Shown here piece by piece: positions 19,839 to 27,640 of a DNA stretch of 64,000 nt (position 1 is its first letter; each line of letters starts with the position of its first letter). The position numbers were made by a program, and so were the translations under genes. This DNA comes from a virus: positions 2,845 through 66,844 of IMG/VR virus record IMGVR_UViG_3300028392_000065; one strand, 5' to 3'. Under the pieces are notes generated by a model. That model was not told where the DNA came from. It did no database searches and saw only the letters and a program-made list of their open reading frames with translations.

Positions 19839-20332
19839 CGGTTAAAAAATCTGCCGTAGCAAAAAGCGTAGCAAAATCTAAAAAAGTTACAGCTCTTTCT
19901 ATTGTGCAAGAAAAATACAATGCTGACGCTAAACGTGCCTTGGAGTTAAAAAGACAATTTAAGACCACCGCACAAATTGCTAGAGAACTTGATCTTACTG
20001 AGCGTGAAGTGTCCGCAATGACAACTGAAGCTATCCGTAAAGCCGCAATGCTTGTTGATGAAGGCGCAAAACAAGAAATTCTTTCTTTAGAACTTGAAAG
20101 CTACGACATGATGCAACAAGCAGTGTATCAAGATGCACTTATGGGTGATGTTAAAGCCATTGAAACGGTGCTTAAAATTAGCGCAATGAGAACAAAGATT
20201 TTAGGTATTGATAACAATCAGGCAAGCAATGTCACTAACAACACAATTGTTGTTTCAGGAACATCTGAAGAATATGTAAACGCTTTGCGTAAAGTAGCCG
20301 AACTACCAGTTATAAAGCATGAGGAACAATGA
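19835..20332 (+). CDS. HTH DNA-binding protein, possible terminase small subunit
   Basis: ALELKR..TAQIAREL HTH followed by GDVKAIETVLKI...R.KILGID. Confidence 0.6.
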   Translation: MTVKKSAVAKSVAKSKKVTALSIVQEKYNADAKRALELKRQFKTTAQIARELDLTEREVSAMTTEAIRKAAMLVDEGAKQEILSLELESYDMMQQAVYQDALMGDVKAIETVLKISAMRTKILGIDNNQASNVTNNTIVVSGTSEEYVNALRKVAELPVIKHEEQ

Positions 20333-21486
20333 GTTTAAGTAATAAAGGAACCGTTAATAACACGGATGGGCCGTCGGGACACAACCATTCTTTAAATAAT
20401 CTTTTTGACGTTGAACCTGACAGTGCAGTAAATGGCGAAATCTTGCGTTCACAAAACGGATATTGGGTGCCAAAACAAGCCTTGCAAACCCCAGCGGGAA
20501 TAAATTTTACTAACGCAACCGTTACAAGCGGGGGTTCTTCTGTACAAACAGAAATAGGGTCGCTAACTGTTAATTTAGAATATCCTTCATACACGTTAAT
20601 TAATTTTGCTGCCGAAATTTCTGTTCCTAGCGGGCAAACTACAGGTACTGCTTTAAGAACAAACATTAGCGGTACATCAATAGCAGACATTAAAGCTGGC
20701 GGATTATTTACGAACGTTAACTATGGTGGAACCCCACCAGCAAGTTTCAATAACTACATCACTTACGTTGCGGACAATAACTTCGTGGAAAACCAACTAG
20801 TAACCATTTCTGGTACCAGCAACTCAACATATTTTGATTCAACTTCCGGTAAACCTGGTTTAGTAGTTAACACTGACACTTATCCTTTAAGTGACACGCA
20901 ATTTACTGTTTTAATGTACAAAAATCCGCCTTTAACAAATCAAACTATACCTACTGATGGGGGAACGGCTACAGCAGTTTCGTGGGTAGGAATCAATGAT
21001 TCAAACAACGTGGCTATTTCAAGTGCCGCAGACGCAGGTATTGATGCTAATGGTGATTCACTAGTAACATTTACCACTTCAGCTAGCCACAATTTGTCGG
21101 TAGGCCAGTCAATAGTTATCGAAACAACAGGCACTGCTAACGCATGGACAAATGCTGTGCCGCAAAAAGTAATTTCTATACCGTGGGATTCAAGCACTGG
21201 AAGTGCATCGACAACCCAGTTCAAAGTCATCAACAGCGGTGGCACAGGATCTTCAATCACAAATACAAACGTAAACTTTGGATCGCCATTAAACTTTAAT
21301 CCGGCCCAATTTATTTCTGTAACGCAATCAGAAACAGGTGTTACAGGTAGCCATCAACGAACAGGCTATTTAATAAAATATTTGCCAAAAGGTAAAACAA
21401 AAATTACTTTAAACTCTTATACAACTTTTACTGTTGGCACAGTAAGTTTCAACAATGCTTCAATGCATGTAATCCCGTTAGGATAA
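20329..21486 (+). CDS. Thr/Ser/Gly-rich beta-structured virion-like protein
   Basis: 385 aa; LNNLFDV, VTFTTSASHNLSVGQSIVI motif also seen in capsid and tail proteins here. Confidence 0.65.
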   Translation: MSLSNKGTVNNTDGPSGHNHSLNNLFDVEPDSAVNGEILRSQNGYWVPKQALQTPAGINFTNATVTSGGSSVQTEIGSLTVNLEYPSYTLINFAAEISVPSGQTTGTALRTNISGTSIADIKAGGLFTNVNYGGTPPASFNNYITYVADNNFVENQLVTISGTSNSTYFDSTSGKPGLVVNTDTYPLSDTQFTVLMYKNPPLTNQTIPTDGGTATAVSWVGINDSNNVAISSAADAGIDANGDSLVTFTTSASHNLSVGQSIVIETTGTANAWTNAVPQKVISIPWDSSTGSASTTQFKVINSGGTGSSITNTNVNFGSPLNFNPAQFISVTQSETGVTGSHQRTGYLIKYLPKGKTKITLNSYTTFTVGTVSFNNASMHVIPLG

Positions 21487-21489
21487 AAA

Positions 21490-21708
21490 GTGAAGAAAAA
21501 CAAAGATAACAGTTGCCACTTTATTGAGGCACCGCGCCTAATCAATGCCGAAGTGTTATTCATTAGAAGACATGCAGGGTGCGTATGCGGTTGGCAATCC
21601 GAAGAGCACTCAAAAGATAAAACCGAACGTAAACAAATGTGGGCTGACCACAAAGCTAATCTTCAGAATCCCAATATTCAACAGACCATGGAGTCCCAAA
21701 GCCAATAG
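21490..21708 (+). CDS. hypothetical protein
   Basis: 72 aa, CVCGW...W.DH possible Zn-binding motif. Confidence 0.5.
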   Translation: MKKNKDNSCHFIEAPRLINAEVLFIRRHAGCVCGWQSEEHSKDKTERKQMWADHKANLQNPNIQQTMESQSQ

Positions 21709-21853
21709 TGCTTCGACCAGAGGAAGTTGAATCTGCGTTCAAAGCATTAATGTTTTCAACTTCCTCTGCATCCTCTGTGTCACTTTCAGATTCTTCTATG
21801 AGTACATTGACAATTTCGTCACCAAACAATTTAATGACGATTTGTCTTTTCAT
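21656..21853 (-). CDS. acidic hypothetical protein
   Basis: coupled (TAATG) to the metallophosphoesterase. Confidence 0.55.
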   Translation of the reverse strand: MKRQIVIKLFGDEIVNVLIEESESDTEDAEEVENINALNADSTSSGRSTIGFGTPWSVEYWDSED

Positions 21854-23037
21854 TAGAGAATACTCATTTCATACCAAGCGCCGTTCGCTGTAACAAAGTT
21901 TAGCAAACCGGCTTTAGCATCCTCACCTCTGCGGTGCCTATACCAAGTAGACCCACCATCAAGTGCAGGCACCTGCATAAACACGCGGTCTTTACCGCTG
22001 TCCTGAACTTTATGGTGATGTAGATGCGCCCCAAGTAAAATGTGCGCTTCACCTACAGGCTGCCTGCCGTGGGACTGTTCCTGCCACCACTTCACAGGAT
22101 CACGACCAAACTGGTGCCCGTGAGCCATAGCAAGAATAGTCCCGCTAGTTTCTAAAGTTACGGTTAATTCGTCAGGGTGCGGAAAAATAAAAGATACATT
22201 GCCGTAAACTTCAGGGTTTTGTTCGCAAGCATCTTTTACAGCAACCCCGGCTTCAATAGCCCAAGAGTCGGTGTAAGACCTAACTATCCCGCCTCTACGC
22301 TCCGCCTCATCATGATTACCGGGAATTACCGGAATTACTAAATTTTCCACCATTGGAGCAAGGGTTTTTATCTGATACATCATTGCACGGCGCAAAACTC
22401 GATACTGCTCAGTGATAGTCAAGTCGATACGCCCAGCTGCCGCCGCATTGCCGTGCTGGCTCTGATTACCTTCAAGACAGTCGCCAAGCCAAGGAGCCAC
22501 AACTTCACCAATACCGTAGCCAAGTTTACGTATGTCTTTAAGTCGATAAACAGAAGCGTCAAAACGACTCAACATGTTATCTAGAATGACTGCTGAGCCA
22601 CCGCCATCAACTTTGCCTATCTGAGTGTCGCCTACAGCAAAAACGGCTGTAAAGTCCCCCGTAGGTGCTTGCCGCTTAGATGGTTTATGCTTTCTAACTT
22701 CGTCTATTAAAGCCTCGGCATCTAAACGCATTTCTTGACTAAATTTGGCTTTAGGGACAAAAGTGGCTCTAAAAGACTCAAGCCACTCACCGTTGAAAGT
22801 TTGCCAACTAGAGCGGCGTAAATTAGTAATACTCCAATGATCAGGGTTCAAATTAAATTGGTCAAAGATTTCTGTAGCTTCAGGATCATCTTGATTAAGT
22901 TCCCTAGGCTTTGTGATAGCAACCCCGCCACTATTGTCATATTCAATCTTGGGTTCCCAACCCTTAGGGATATTTGGGTGCTTGCCACGCGGGTCCGGAC
23001 TACCTGGCCCCATATCAACGAAATCGTTAAGAGCCAC
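21853..23037 (-). CDS. calcineurin-like metallophosphoesterase
   Basis: GDTQIGK, GDCLEG, GNHDE, AHGH, AHLHH motifs. Confidence 0.85.
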   Translation of the reverse strand: MALNDFVDMGPGSPDPRGKHPNIPKGWEPKIEYDNSGGVAITKPRELNQDDPEATEIFDQFNLNPDHWSITNLRRSSWQTFNGEWLESFRATFVPKAKFSQEMRLDAEALIDEVRKHKPSKRQAPTGDFTAVFAVGDTQIGKVDGGGSAVILDNMLSRFDASVYRLKDIRKLGYGIGEVVAPWLGDCLEGNQSQHGNAAAAGRIDLTITEQYRVLRRAMMYQIKTLAPMVENLVIPVIPGNHDEAERRGGIVRSYTDSWAIEAGVAVKDACEQNPEVYGNVSFIFPHPDELTVTLETSGTILAMAHGHQFGRDPVKWWQEQSHGRQPVGEAHILLGAHLHHHKVQDSGKDRVFMQVPALDGGSTWYRHRRGEDAKAGLLNFVTANGAWYEMSIL

Positions 23038-23248
23038 AAATACACCAGCCGTTCAAGTGTTCGTAAACGGTTTGTCGCCCTATTGAATGGCCGTCGCGCT
23101 TTAATGCTTGAAAGATTTTATACGGGGTTACATGAACCTCAATCCAACCATTCAATATGTGTTGATCTGAAGCGTCTAGATTGTCATAAAGACGTTGAAA
23201 AGAACACATTTTTATCTTTTTTACGGGTTCGTCAAGTCGGAGAGCCAT
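23027..23248 (-). CDS. small DNA-binding-like protein
   Basis: 73 aa from MALRLDE, ending GRQTVYEH..GWCIC; SD GAAAGG. Confidence 0.6.
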   Translation of the reverse strand: MALRLDEPVKKIKMCSFQRLYDNLDASDQHILNGWIEVHVTPYKIFQALKRDGHSIGRQTVYEHLNGWCICGS

Positions 23249-23336
23249 TACCTTACCTTTCTTGTCGGGGTTTACCTTTAGCATACTTGTTAAGGAAACA
23301 AAGTCAAGAAGTCGCAACACACCGAAAGGAGGAAAA

Positions 23337-23468
23337 ATGCCTACATATGAAGTAGAGGCTGTAGTGCGAGTTACTATTGACGCACCAAGTCCGGATGAAG
23401 CAAGCGAGCGAGTTGAGCAAGAATTGGAAAACCACTGCTCAGACATTAAGATAACTGCAGTAATGTAA
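23337..23468 (+). CDS. 43-aa hypothetical protein
   Basis: SD AAGGAGG then MPTYEVEAVV; followed by a hairpin. Confidence 0.55.
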   Translation: MPTYEVEAVVRVTIDAPSPDEASERVEQELENHCSDIKITAVM

Positions 23469-23500
23469 AAGACCCTCTAGAAAACTAGAGGGCCTTTTAC
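23465..23500 (+). terminator. hairpin / intrinsic terminator
   Basis: GTAAAAGACCCTCTAG-aaaa-CTAGAGGGCCTTTTAC. Confidence 0.6.
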
Positions 23501-23528
23501 TCAACATAACAAAGGAGAAAGAAACGCA

Positions 23529-24050
23529 ATGGATAACGCAACCAACGAATCTAATGTACCACAAGATTCCAACAGTTCTTCGCGTTTTATTGAGATATTG
23601 AGTAAAATAAAAAGTTTTTCTTTATCTCAACCAAAACAACAAGCGGAAGCATATAAGCGTCTTATCGACGGAACTATGGACTTAGCTTTAGGCTTACGTC
23701 GAATACAGTTAGAGTATGGCGATAATGCTAAAGTGCCAAACCCTAAGTTAAGCGCCCAAATCCAGTTGATTCTAGACAAAGCATCGGATTCTTTAACTGC
23801 AAAGAAATCTTATGTATCTGCGTACGAACAGAACCCTAACGCTTTTTCGTATGAAAAAAATGCCCCTAAAAAGCATTTTGATCAATGGTATGAAGAACAC
23901 GGAAAATACACGACTAAAACATCAATCAGCACAACTGTAAGTGAACCCGAAGCCGATAAAACTTCGGAAACAGAAGTTATGCTTGAAATTGCTGATGATT
24001 TAAGTAATGCCCTACTGAAACTAGTTAAAAGGATCAAAGGAAAGCGATGA
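23529..24050 (+). CDS. hypothetical protein
   Basis: 173-aa ORF with SD AAGGAG. Confidence 0.7.
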   Translation: MDNATNESNVPQDSNSSSRFIEILSKIKSFSLSQPKQQAEAYKRLIDGTMDLALGLRRIQLEYGDNAKVPNPKLSAQIQLILDKASDSLTAKKSYVSAYEQNPNAFSYEKNAPKKHFDQWYEEHGKYTTKTSISTTVSEPEADKTSETEVMLEIADDLSNALLKLVKRIKGKR

Positions 24051-24391
24051 ACCCCTTCTCCGGATTTATTAGGAAATTTGAACTGCTAGACCAGGACTTA
24101 CAAGACATTGCTGAAGAAATTGAAACCTACAGCAGTGATTTGAAAGATGCTATTGGTAAATATGAAAAAGCCAGAGCGGAAGCGACACTAACTGTTACAG
24201 GTACTGTGCTTGAAAAAGAATCACAAGCCACTCTTGCCACTATGGGAGAAAGATGGGGTGTGTTAGAAGCCAAGCACATGTTCGATGTTTGTAAAATACG
24301 CATCGGGATACTTGAAACACGCGTGGCCGCTGTCCAGTCGGCATCATCACTGGTTAAAGCAGAAGCCTCTCTATCCGGAGCCTATAACTAA
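24047..24391 (+). CDS. coiled-coil hypothetical protein
   Basis: 114 aa, ATGA-coupled. Confidence 0.7.
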   Translation: MNPFSGFIRKFELLDQDLQDIAEEIETYSSDLKDAIGKYEKARAEATLTVTGTVLEKESQATLATMGERWGVLEAKHMFDVCKIRIGILETRVAAVQSASSLVKAEASLSGAYN

Positions 24392-24717
24392 TGACTATTG
24401 ACCGTAAAAACCTTTACAAAAGGTGCAACGGTCACTGCGAAAAATGCGGTGGTGCGTTACCTGAAAGCTGGGCTGCGCACCACCGTAAACTCCGCTCACA
24501 AGGCGGAAAAGACACTCTCGACAATGTTGTAGCTCTGCACCATGAATGCCACAACCTAGGCACCAAAAGTGTTCACTTGAATCCAAAAGTTTCATATGAA
24601 TCAGGACACATGGTCAGGTCATACAGCAACCCAGAAGAAACACCAATAGAAATACCATTTACCGGTCTTGTTTTACTTAACAAGGAAGGTGAATACGTTA
24701 TAACCAACACAACATAA
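24391..24717 (+). CDS. HNH endonuclease
   Basis: CEKCG...HHRKLRSQGG...N...HHECH. Confidence 0.88.
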   Translation: MTIDRKNLYKRCNGHCEKCGGALPESWAAHHRKLRSQGGKDTLDNVVALHHECHNLGTKSVHLNPKVSYESGHMVRSYSNPEETPIEIPFTGLVLLNKEGEYVITNTT

Positions 24718-24729
24718 CAGGAGAAACAC

Positions 24730-25725
24730 ATGGCACACCACTTCGACTCAGGAATGTTTGCACGCAAACCAGCCTGGCACGAATTAGGAACCGTACTAGA
24801 CACTTGGCCAGGCTCTTTTGAAGAAGCCCGTATCCAAGCAGGTCTCACTTGGGACCCAGTAACAACCCGCCTTTGGGCAGCCGACACAGACGAAATGGAT
24901 GATGTAGCGTTTAATGCTGATCACCAGCTTGTTGAAGGTTGGAAAAGAATCGTACGTAGCGACAATAAAGAACTGCTGTCTATTCAGCGTGATTCGTACG
25001 CTGTCATTACTAATGGCGAATTTGGAAACATTATCGATTATGTTTTAGGTGATAATGACATGGTTGGAACTTCTAACCTAAAGTTTGAAACACTTATTAG
25101 TTTGCATGGTGGTAAGCAAATTATTGCCACGATGTACCTTGATGAACCAGTCGTACTCCCTAACGATCCTTCAGCAACCTACCCGTACCTGGTGTTTATT
25201 TCACGCCATGATGGGCAAGGTGGTTTGAAGTTAGGGCCTACAGCAGTACGGGTAGTTTGTGCTAATACCCAAGCTATTGCGGAAAGCGAAATGGAATCAC
25301 ATAAGTTTGCTTTCACTATTAAGCACACTAAAGACTGGGCGTCTAAGTTAACTAACGCTAAGTTGGCTATTCAGCGCAGTTTGACTTCATTTAAGGGCTG
25401 GGAAGAGTACGCACGATACATGGCAACTCAAAATGCACCTCAAAGTATGGCGGAAGATTTCCTAGATAAATGGATTCCGTACTCAACTGACATGTCAGAC
25501 GTGGAAAGGAACAACGCGACTAAGAAGCGGAGTACTTTTTGGTCTGTTTACTACAGCAATACTTGTGAGGGCATTGTTGGAACTAAATGGGGGCTTTTGC
25601 AGGCTGCTATTGAGATTGAGGATCACTTTGTTCGGGCTAATTCCCTTGATACACGTGTTACCCGTACGTTAACTCGTTTGGATAACAATAAAGGTAATGC
25701 GTACAAGGTTCTTGCACAGCTTTAA
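24730..25725 (+). CDS. DUF932 family phage/plasmid protein
   Basis: PAWHELG, SRHDG, VRVVCANT, GTKWGLLQA..E..DH. Confidence 0.85.
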   Translation: MAHHFDSGMFARKPAWHELGTVLDTWPGSFEEARIQAGLTWDPVTTRLWAADTDEMDDVAFNADHQLVEGWKRIVRSDNKELLSIQRDSYAVITNGEFGNIIDYVLGDNDMVGTSNLKFETLISLHGGKQIIATMYLDEPVVLPNDPSATYPYLVFISRHDGQGGLKLGPTAVRVVCANTQAIAESEMESHKFAFTIKHTKDWASKLTNAKLAIQRSLTSFKGWEEYARYMATQNAPQSMAEDFLDKWIPYSTDMSDVERNNATKKRSTFWSVYYSNTCEGIVGTKWGLLQAAIEIEDHFVRANSLDTRVTRTLTRLDNNKGNAYKVLAQL

Positions 25726-25736
25726 CCTATAAAGGC

Positions 25737-25776
25737 GGCGTAGGGCCAGGAAACACGGCAAAACTGGCCCTACGCC
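25737..25776 (+). other. perfect 13-bp inverted repeat after the DUF932 gene
   Basis: GGCGTAGGGCCAG-N14-CTGGCCCTACGCC; no U tract. Confidence 0.6.
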
Positions 25777-25848
25777 ACTTGGGAAGAGACCAGCCTTCCC
25801 CAATATAACCTTATGTTTAAATTACTTTGTTTTCTATCCCAATTGGTG

Positions 25849-25878
25849 TTGCATAACTGTCACAAAGTGTGCTATAAT
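25849..25878 (+). promoter_or_regulatory. strong sigma70/SigA-type promoter upstream of the ribozyme array
   Basis: TTGCAT-N18-TATAAT with TGn extension. Confidence 0.75.
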
Positions 25879-25916
25879 AGAAGTATTCGAGCGGTAATCG
25901 TGCTGCCCGAAAATAC

Positions 25917-25949
25917 CCCATCAAACGCCCTGTTTGGTGGGTTTTTTCT
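25917..25949 (+). terminator. terminator-like hairpin in the leader
   Basis: CCCATCAAAC-gccct-GTTTGGTGGG-TTTTTT, directly before SD AAGGAGA. Confidence 0.6.
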
Positions 25950-25968
25950 ATTTAAGGAGAAAATAGAA

Positions 25969-26268
25969 ATGACCACAACATCCACAAGTGAACACCACGA
26001 TTGCGCACATAGTCAGTGCCAGCACGTTGTTGCGTACAGCGACGAGCGTTACTGCTACATGCATGAACCACCAGTTTTTGATGATCATAACTGTGTGGTT
26101 CTTAATTGTGCTCACTGGAAGACAGGCAAGACATTCCGTCCGCTTGAACAACCAGTTGCTGTTGCTGCAGGTCCAAGTTATTCAGAGCAAGTATTGGCCG
26201 ATGCTAAAGCAGAAGCAGCCAAGCTTGCAGATGACTGGGACTGGCCACTGCCAAACGACGATTTCTAA
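25969..26268 (+). CDS. His/Cys-rich small protein (cassette 0)
   Basis: 99 aa from MTTTSTSEHHDC; SD AAGGAGA; its stop abuts HHR1. Confidence 0.75.
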   Translation: MTTTSTSEHHDCAHSQCQHVVAYSDERYCYMHEPPVFDDHNCVVLNCAHWKTGKTFRPLEQPVAVAAGPSYSEQVLADAKAEAAKLADDWDWPLPNDDF

Positions 26269-26329
26269 GTCGAAACCGCCTAGTGCGGTCCATCAGGATT
26301 AACCACCTGATGCTGATGAGACAGGTTAA
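26269..26329 (+). ncRNA. type II hammerhead ribozyme HHR1
   Basis: GTC-GAAA-CCGC/GCGG-TC^(26290)-CATCAGG/CCTGATG-CTGATGA-GAC; loop I TTAACC pairs with 3' GGTTAA. Confidence 0.93.
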
Positions 26330-26340
26330 AGGAGACAGAA

Positions 26341-26517
26341 ATGAACAACAACACAAGTAGAGCTCAAGAACTTATTGGCGTTGGCAAAGCTACTTTGCTC
26401 CTACCAATAGTTCTAATCGGCCTTGGCTTTATCGCCCTCAAGGATGTTGTACGCCGCACAAACCGTGTTGCAGAGATCCTAGACGGTGCCATCGAAGAGT
26501 CGAAACTTCCTCAATAG
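26341..26517 (+). CDS. 58-aa single-TM protein (cassette 1; not in the ORF track)
   Basis: SD AAGGAGA; MNNNTSRAQELIGVGKATLLLPIVLIGLGFIALKDVVRR...; the stop lies within HHR2 stem-loop III. Confidence 0.75.
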   Translation: MNNNTSRAQELIGVGKATLLLPIVLIGLGFIALKDVVRRTNRVAEILDGAIEESKLPQ

Positions 26518-26561
26518 GGGAAGTCTGCTGGGGTAACCGCCCAGCACTGATGAGACAGGTT
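26499..26561 (+). ncRNA. type II hammerhead ribozyme HHR2
   Basis: GTC-GAAA-CTTCCTC/GGGGAAG-TC^(26525)-TGCTGGG/CCCAGCA-CTGATGA-GAC; pseudoknot AACC/GGTT. Confidence 0.92.
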
Positions 26562-26596
26562 CCCAATAGCAATCCTGCTGTTGGGCTTTTTCTTTT
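26562..26596 (+). terminator. terminator-like hairpin between HHR2 and the next RBS
   Basis: CCCAATAGCA-atcc-TGCTGTTGGG-CTTTTTCTTTT. Confidence 0.6.
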
Positions 26597-26607
26597 AAGG
26601 AGAAAAC

Positions 26608-26955
26608 ATGAACGACGATAACAAGGTACGTGGCCTCGGAGAAATCTTCCTACAGGCATTGTTCGAAGCACCTGGTGTTCTAGTTGCTTCAGCCCAGCGT
26701 ATCCAACAGCGTGAGCTTGAAGAAGCAGTTCTGGCACATGTGCGCAACCAGCCACACAACCAGACCATCTGCAGCTCATGCGCACCAACGGTCCCAGCCA
26801 CCGCAGTCAAGGACTGCACTGTCCACGACTTCGGCAAGTGTGTTGTTGACTGCCGTTACCGCACAGGCTTCCCAGGCAAGTGCACCAAAGAGAAGGACTG
26901 GCCTTACTCGCACGGTGACGGTAACTGCAAGCCAGACTGCTACGGTCGCCCGTAA
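26608..26955 (+). CDS. Cys-rich small protein (cassette 2)
   Basis: 115 aa; SD AAGGAGA; Cys/His-rich C-terminal half. Confidence 0.75.
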   Translation: MNDDNKVRGLGEIFLQALFEAPGVLVASAQRIQQRELEEAVLAHVRNQPHNQTICSSCAPTVPATAVKDCTVHDFGKCVVDCRYRTGFPGKCTKEKDWPYSHGDGNCKPDCYGRP

Positions 26956-26958
26956 CAA

Positions 26959-27018
26959 GTCGAAACGCCGTGAGGCGTCTGCCGGAACTGACCTACCGGT
27001 ACTGAGGATGACAGGTCA
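26959..27018 (+). ncRNA. type II hammerhead ribozyme HHR3
   Basis: GTC-GAAA-CGCC(GTGA)GGCG-TC^(26979)-TGCCGG/CCGGTA-CTGAGGA-T-GAC (extra nt after A9); pseudoknot TGACCT/AGGTCA. Confidence 0.88.
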
Positions 27019-27034
27019 AAAAAAGGAGACGGAA

Positions 27035-27316
27035 ATGTTTTGGACAATTGCAACCTACATTTGGCGCATCGCAGAAGTGCTAGTTTTACTCGTACTAGCC
27101 CCAGTGTTGTACCGCATGACCAAAGAACTGTTCGATGACACAAAGTGCCTCAGCTGTTCACGTGTAAGCATCGAAGTATGGGCATGTCATGCTGATCGCA
27201 AATATTGCATCAACTGCTGTGGCTGCCCAGAGCATGCAGATACAACGCATCCATATCGTCACTGCAGCACAGCGCCAGCAAACACGTGGTGCGGTAAATG
27301 TGCTGAAGTTGATTAG
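27035..27316 (+). CDS. TM + Cys-rich (Zn-binding-like) protein (cassette 3)
   Basis: 93 aa from MFWTIAT; SD AAGGAGA; CLSC, CINCCGC, CGKC. Confidence 0.75.
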   Translation: MFWTIATYIWRIAEVLVLLVLAPVLYRMTKELFDDTKCLSCSRVSIEVWACHADRKYCINCCGCPEHADTTHPYRHCSTAPANTWCGKCAEVD

Positions 27317-27375
27317 TCGAAACGCCGCGAGGCGTCTGCTGGGATTGACCTACCAGCACTGAGGAGATAGGTCAA
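27316..27375 (+). ncRNA. type II hammerhead ribozyme HHR4
   Basis: GTC-GAAA-CGCC(GCGA)GGCG-TC^(27336)-TGCTGG/CCAGCA-CTGAGGA-GAT; pseudoknot TTGACCT/AGGTCAA. Confidence 0.92.
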
Positions 27376-27386
27376 AGGAGAAAGAA

Positions 27387-27569
27387 ATGGATGCTAAGAC
27401 AGCATTGGAACATGCAATCGAAGACGCCGAATACATGGCAAAGCGTTTTGGGCGAGGTTCACAAGAACTTGCAGTCCAATACAAAGAAACAGCAATTGCT
27501 CTGCGTAAGGTTCACTCTGCACTGTTCGCAACTAAGCGCGTTTACAAGAAGCGCGAAGCTACTAACTAA
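27387..27569 (+). CDS. 60-aa helical protein (cassette 4)
   Basis: SD AAGGAGA; flanked by HHR4 and HHR5. Confidence 0.75.
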   Translation: MDAKTALEHAIEDAEYMAKRFGRGSQELAVQYKETAIALRKVHSALFATKRVYKKREATN

Positions 27570-27571
27570 AA

Positions 27572-27629
27572 ATCGAAACGCCGTGAGGCGTCTGCCGGCA
27601 TAGCCAACTGGCACTGATGAGACAGGCTA
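27572..27629 (+). ncRNA. type II hammerhead ribozyme HHR5
   Basis: ATC-GAAA-CGCC(GTGA)GGCG-TC^(27592)-TGCCGG/CTGGCA-CTGATGA-GAC; pseudoknot TAGCC/GGCTA. Confidence 0.9.
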
Positions 27630-27640
27630 AAGGAGAAGAA

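Noticed and set aside
25813-25968. Longer start for the 151-aa ORF
   Set aside because: It crosses the promoter and terminator hairpin; the RBS supports ATG 25969.
26684-27034. N-terminal extension of the 210-aa ORF in the track
   Set aside because: It overlaps the 26608 ORF and runs through HHR3; a strong RBS supports the start at 27035.
26269-27629. Repeats read as a CRISPR array
   Set aside because: The spacers are 170-400 nt ORFs and the repeats vary while keeping a hammerhead fold; no cas operon is present.
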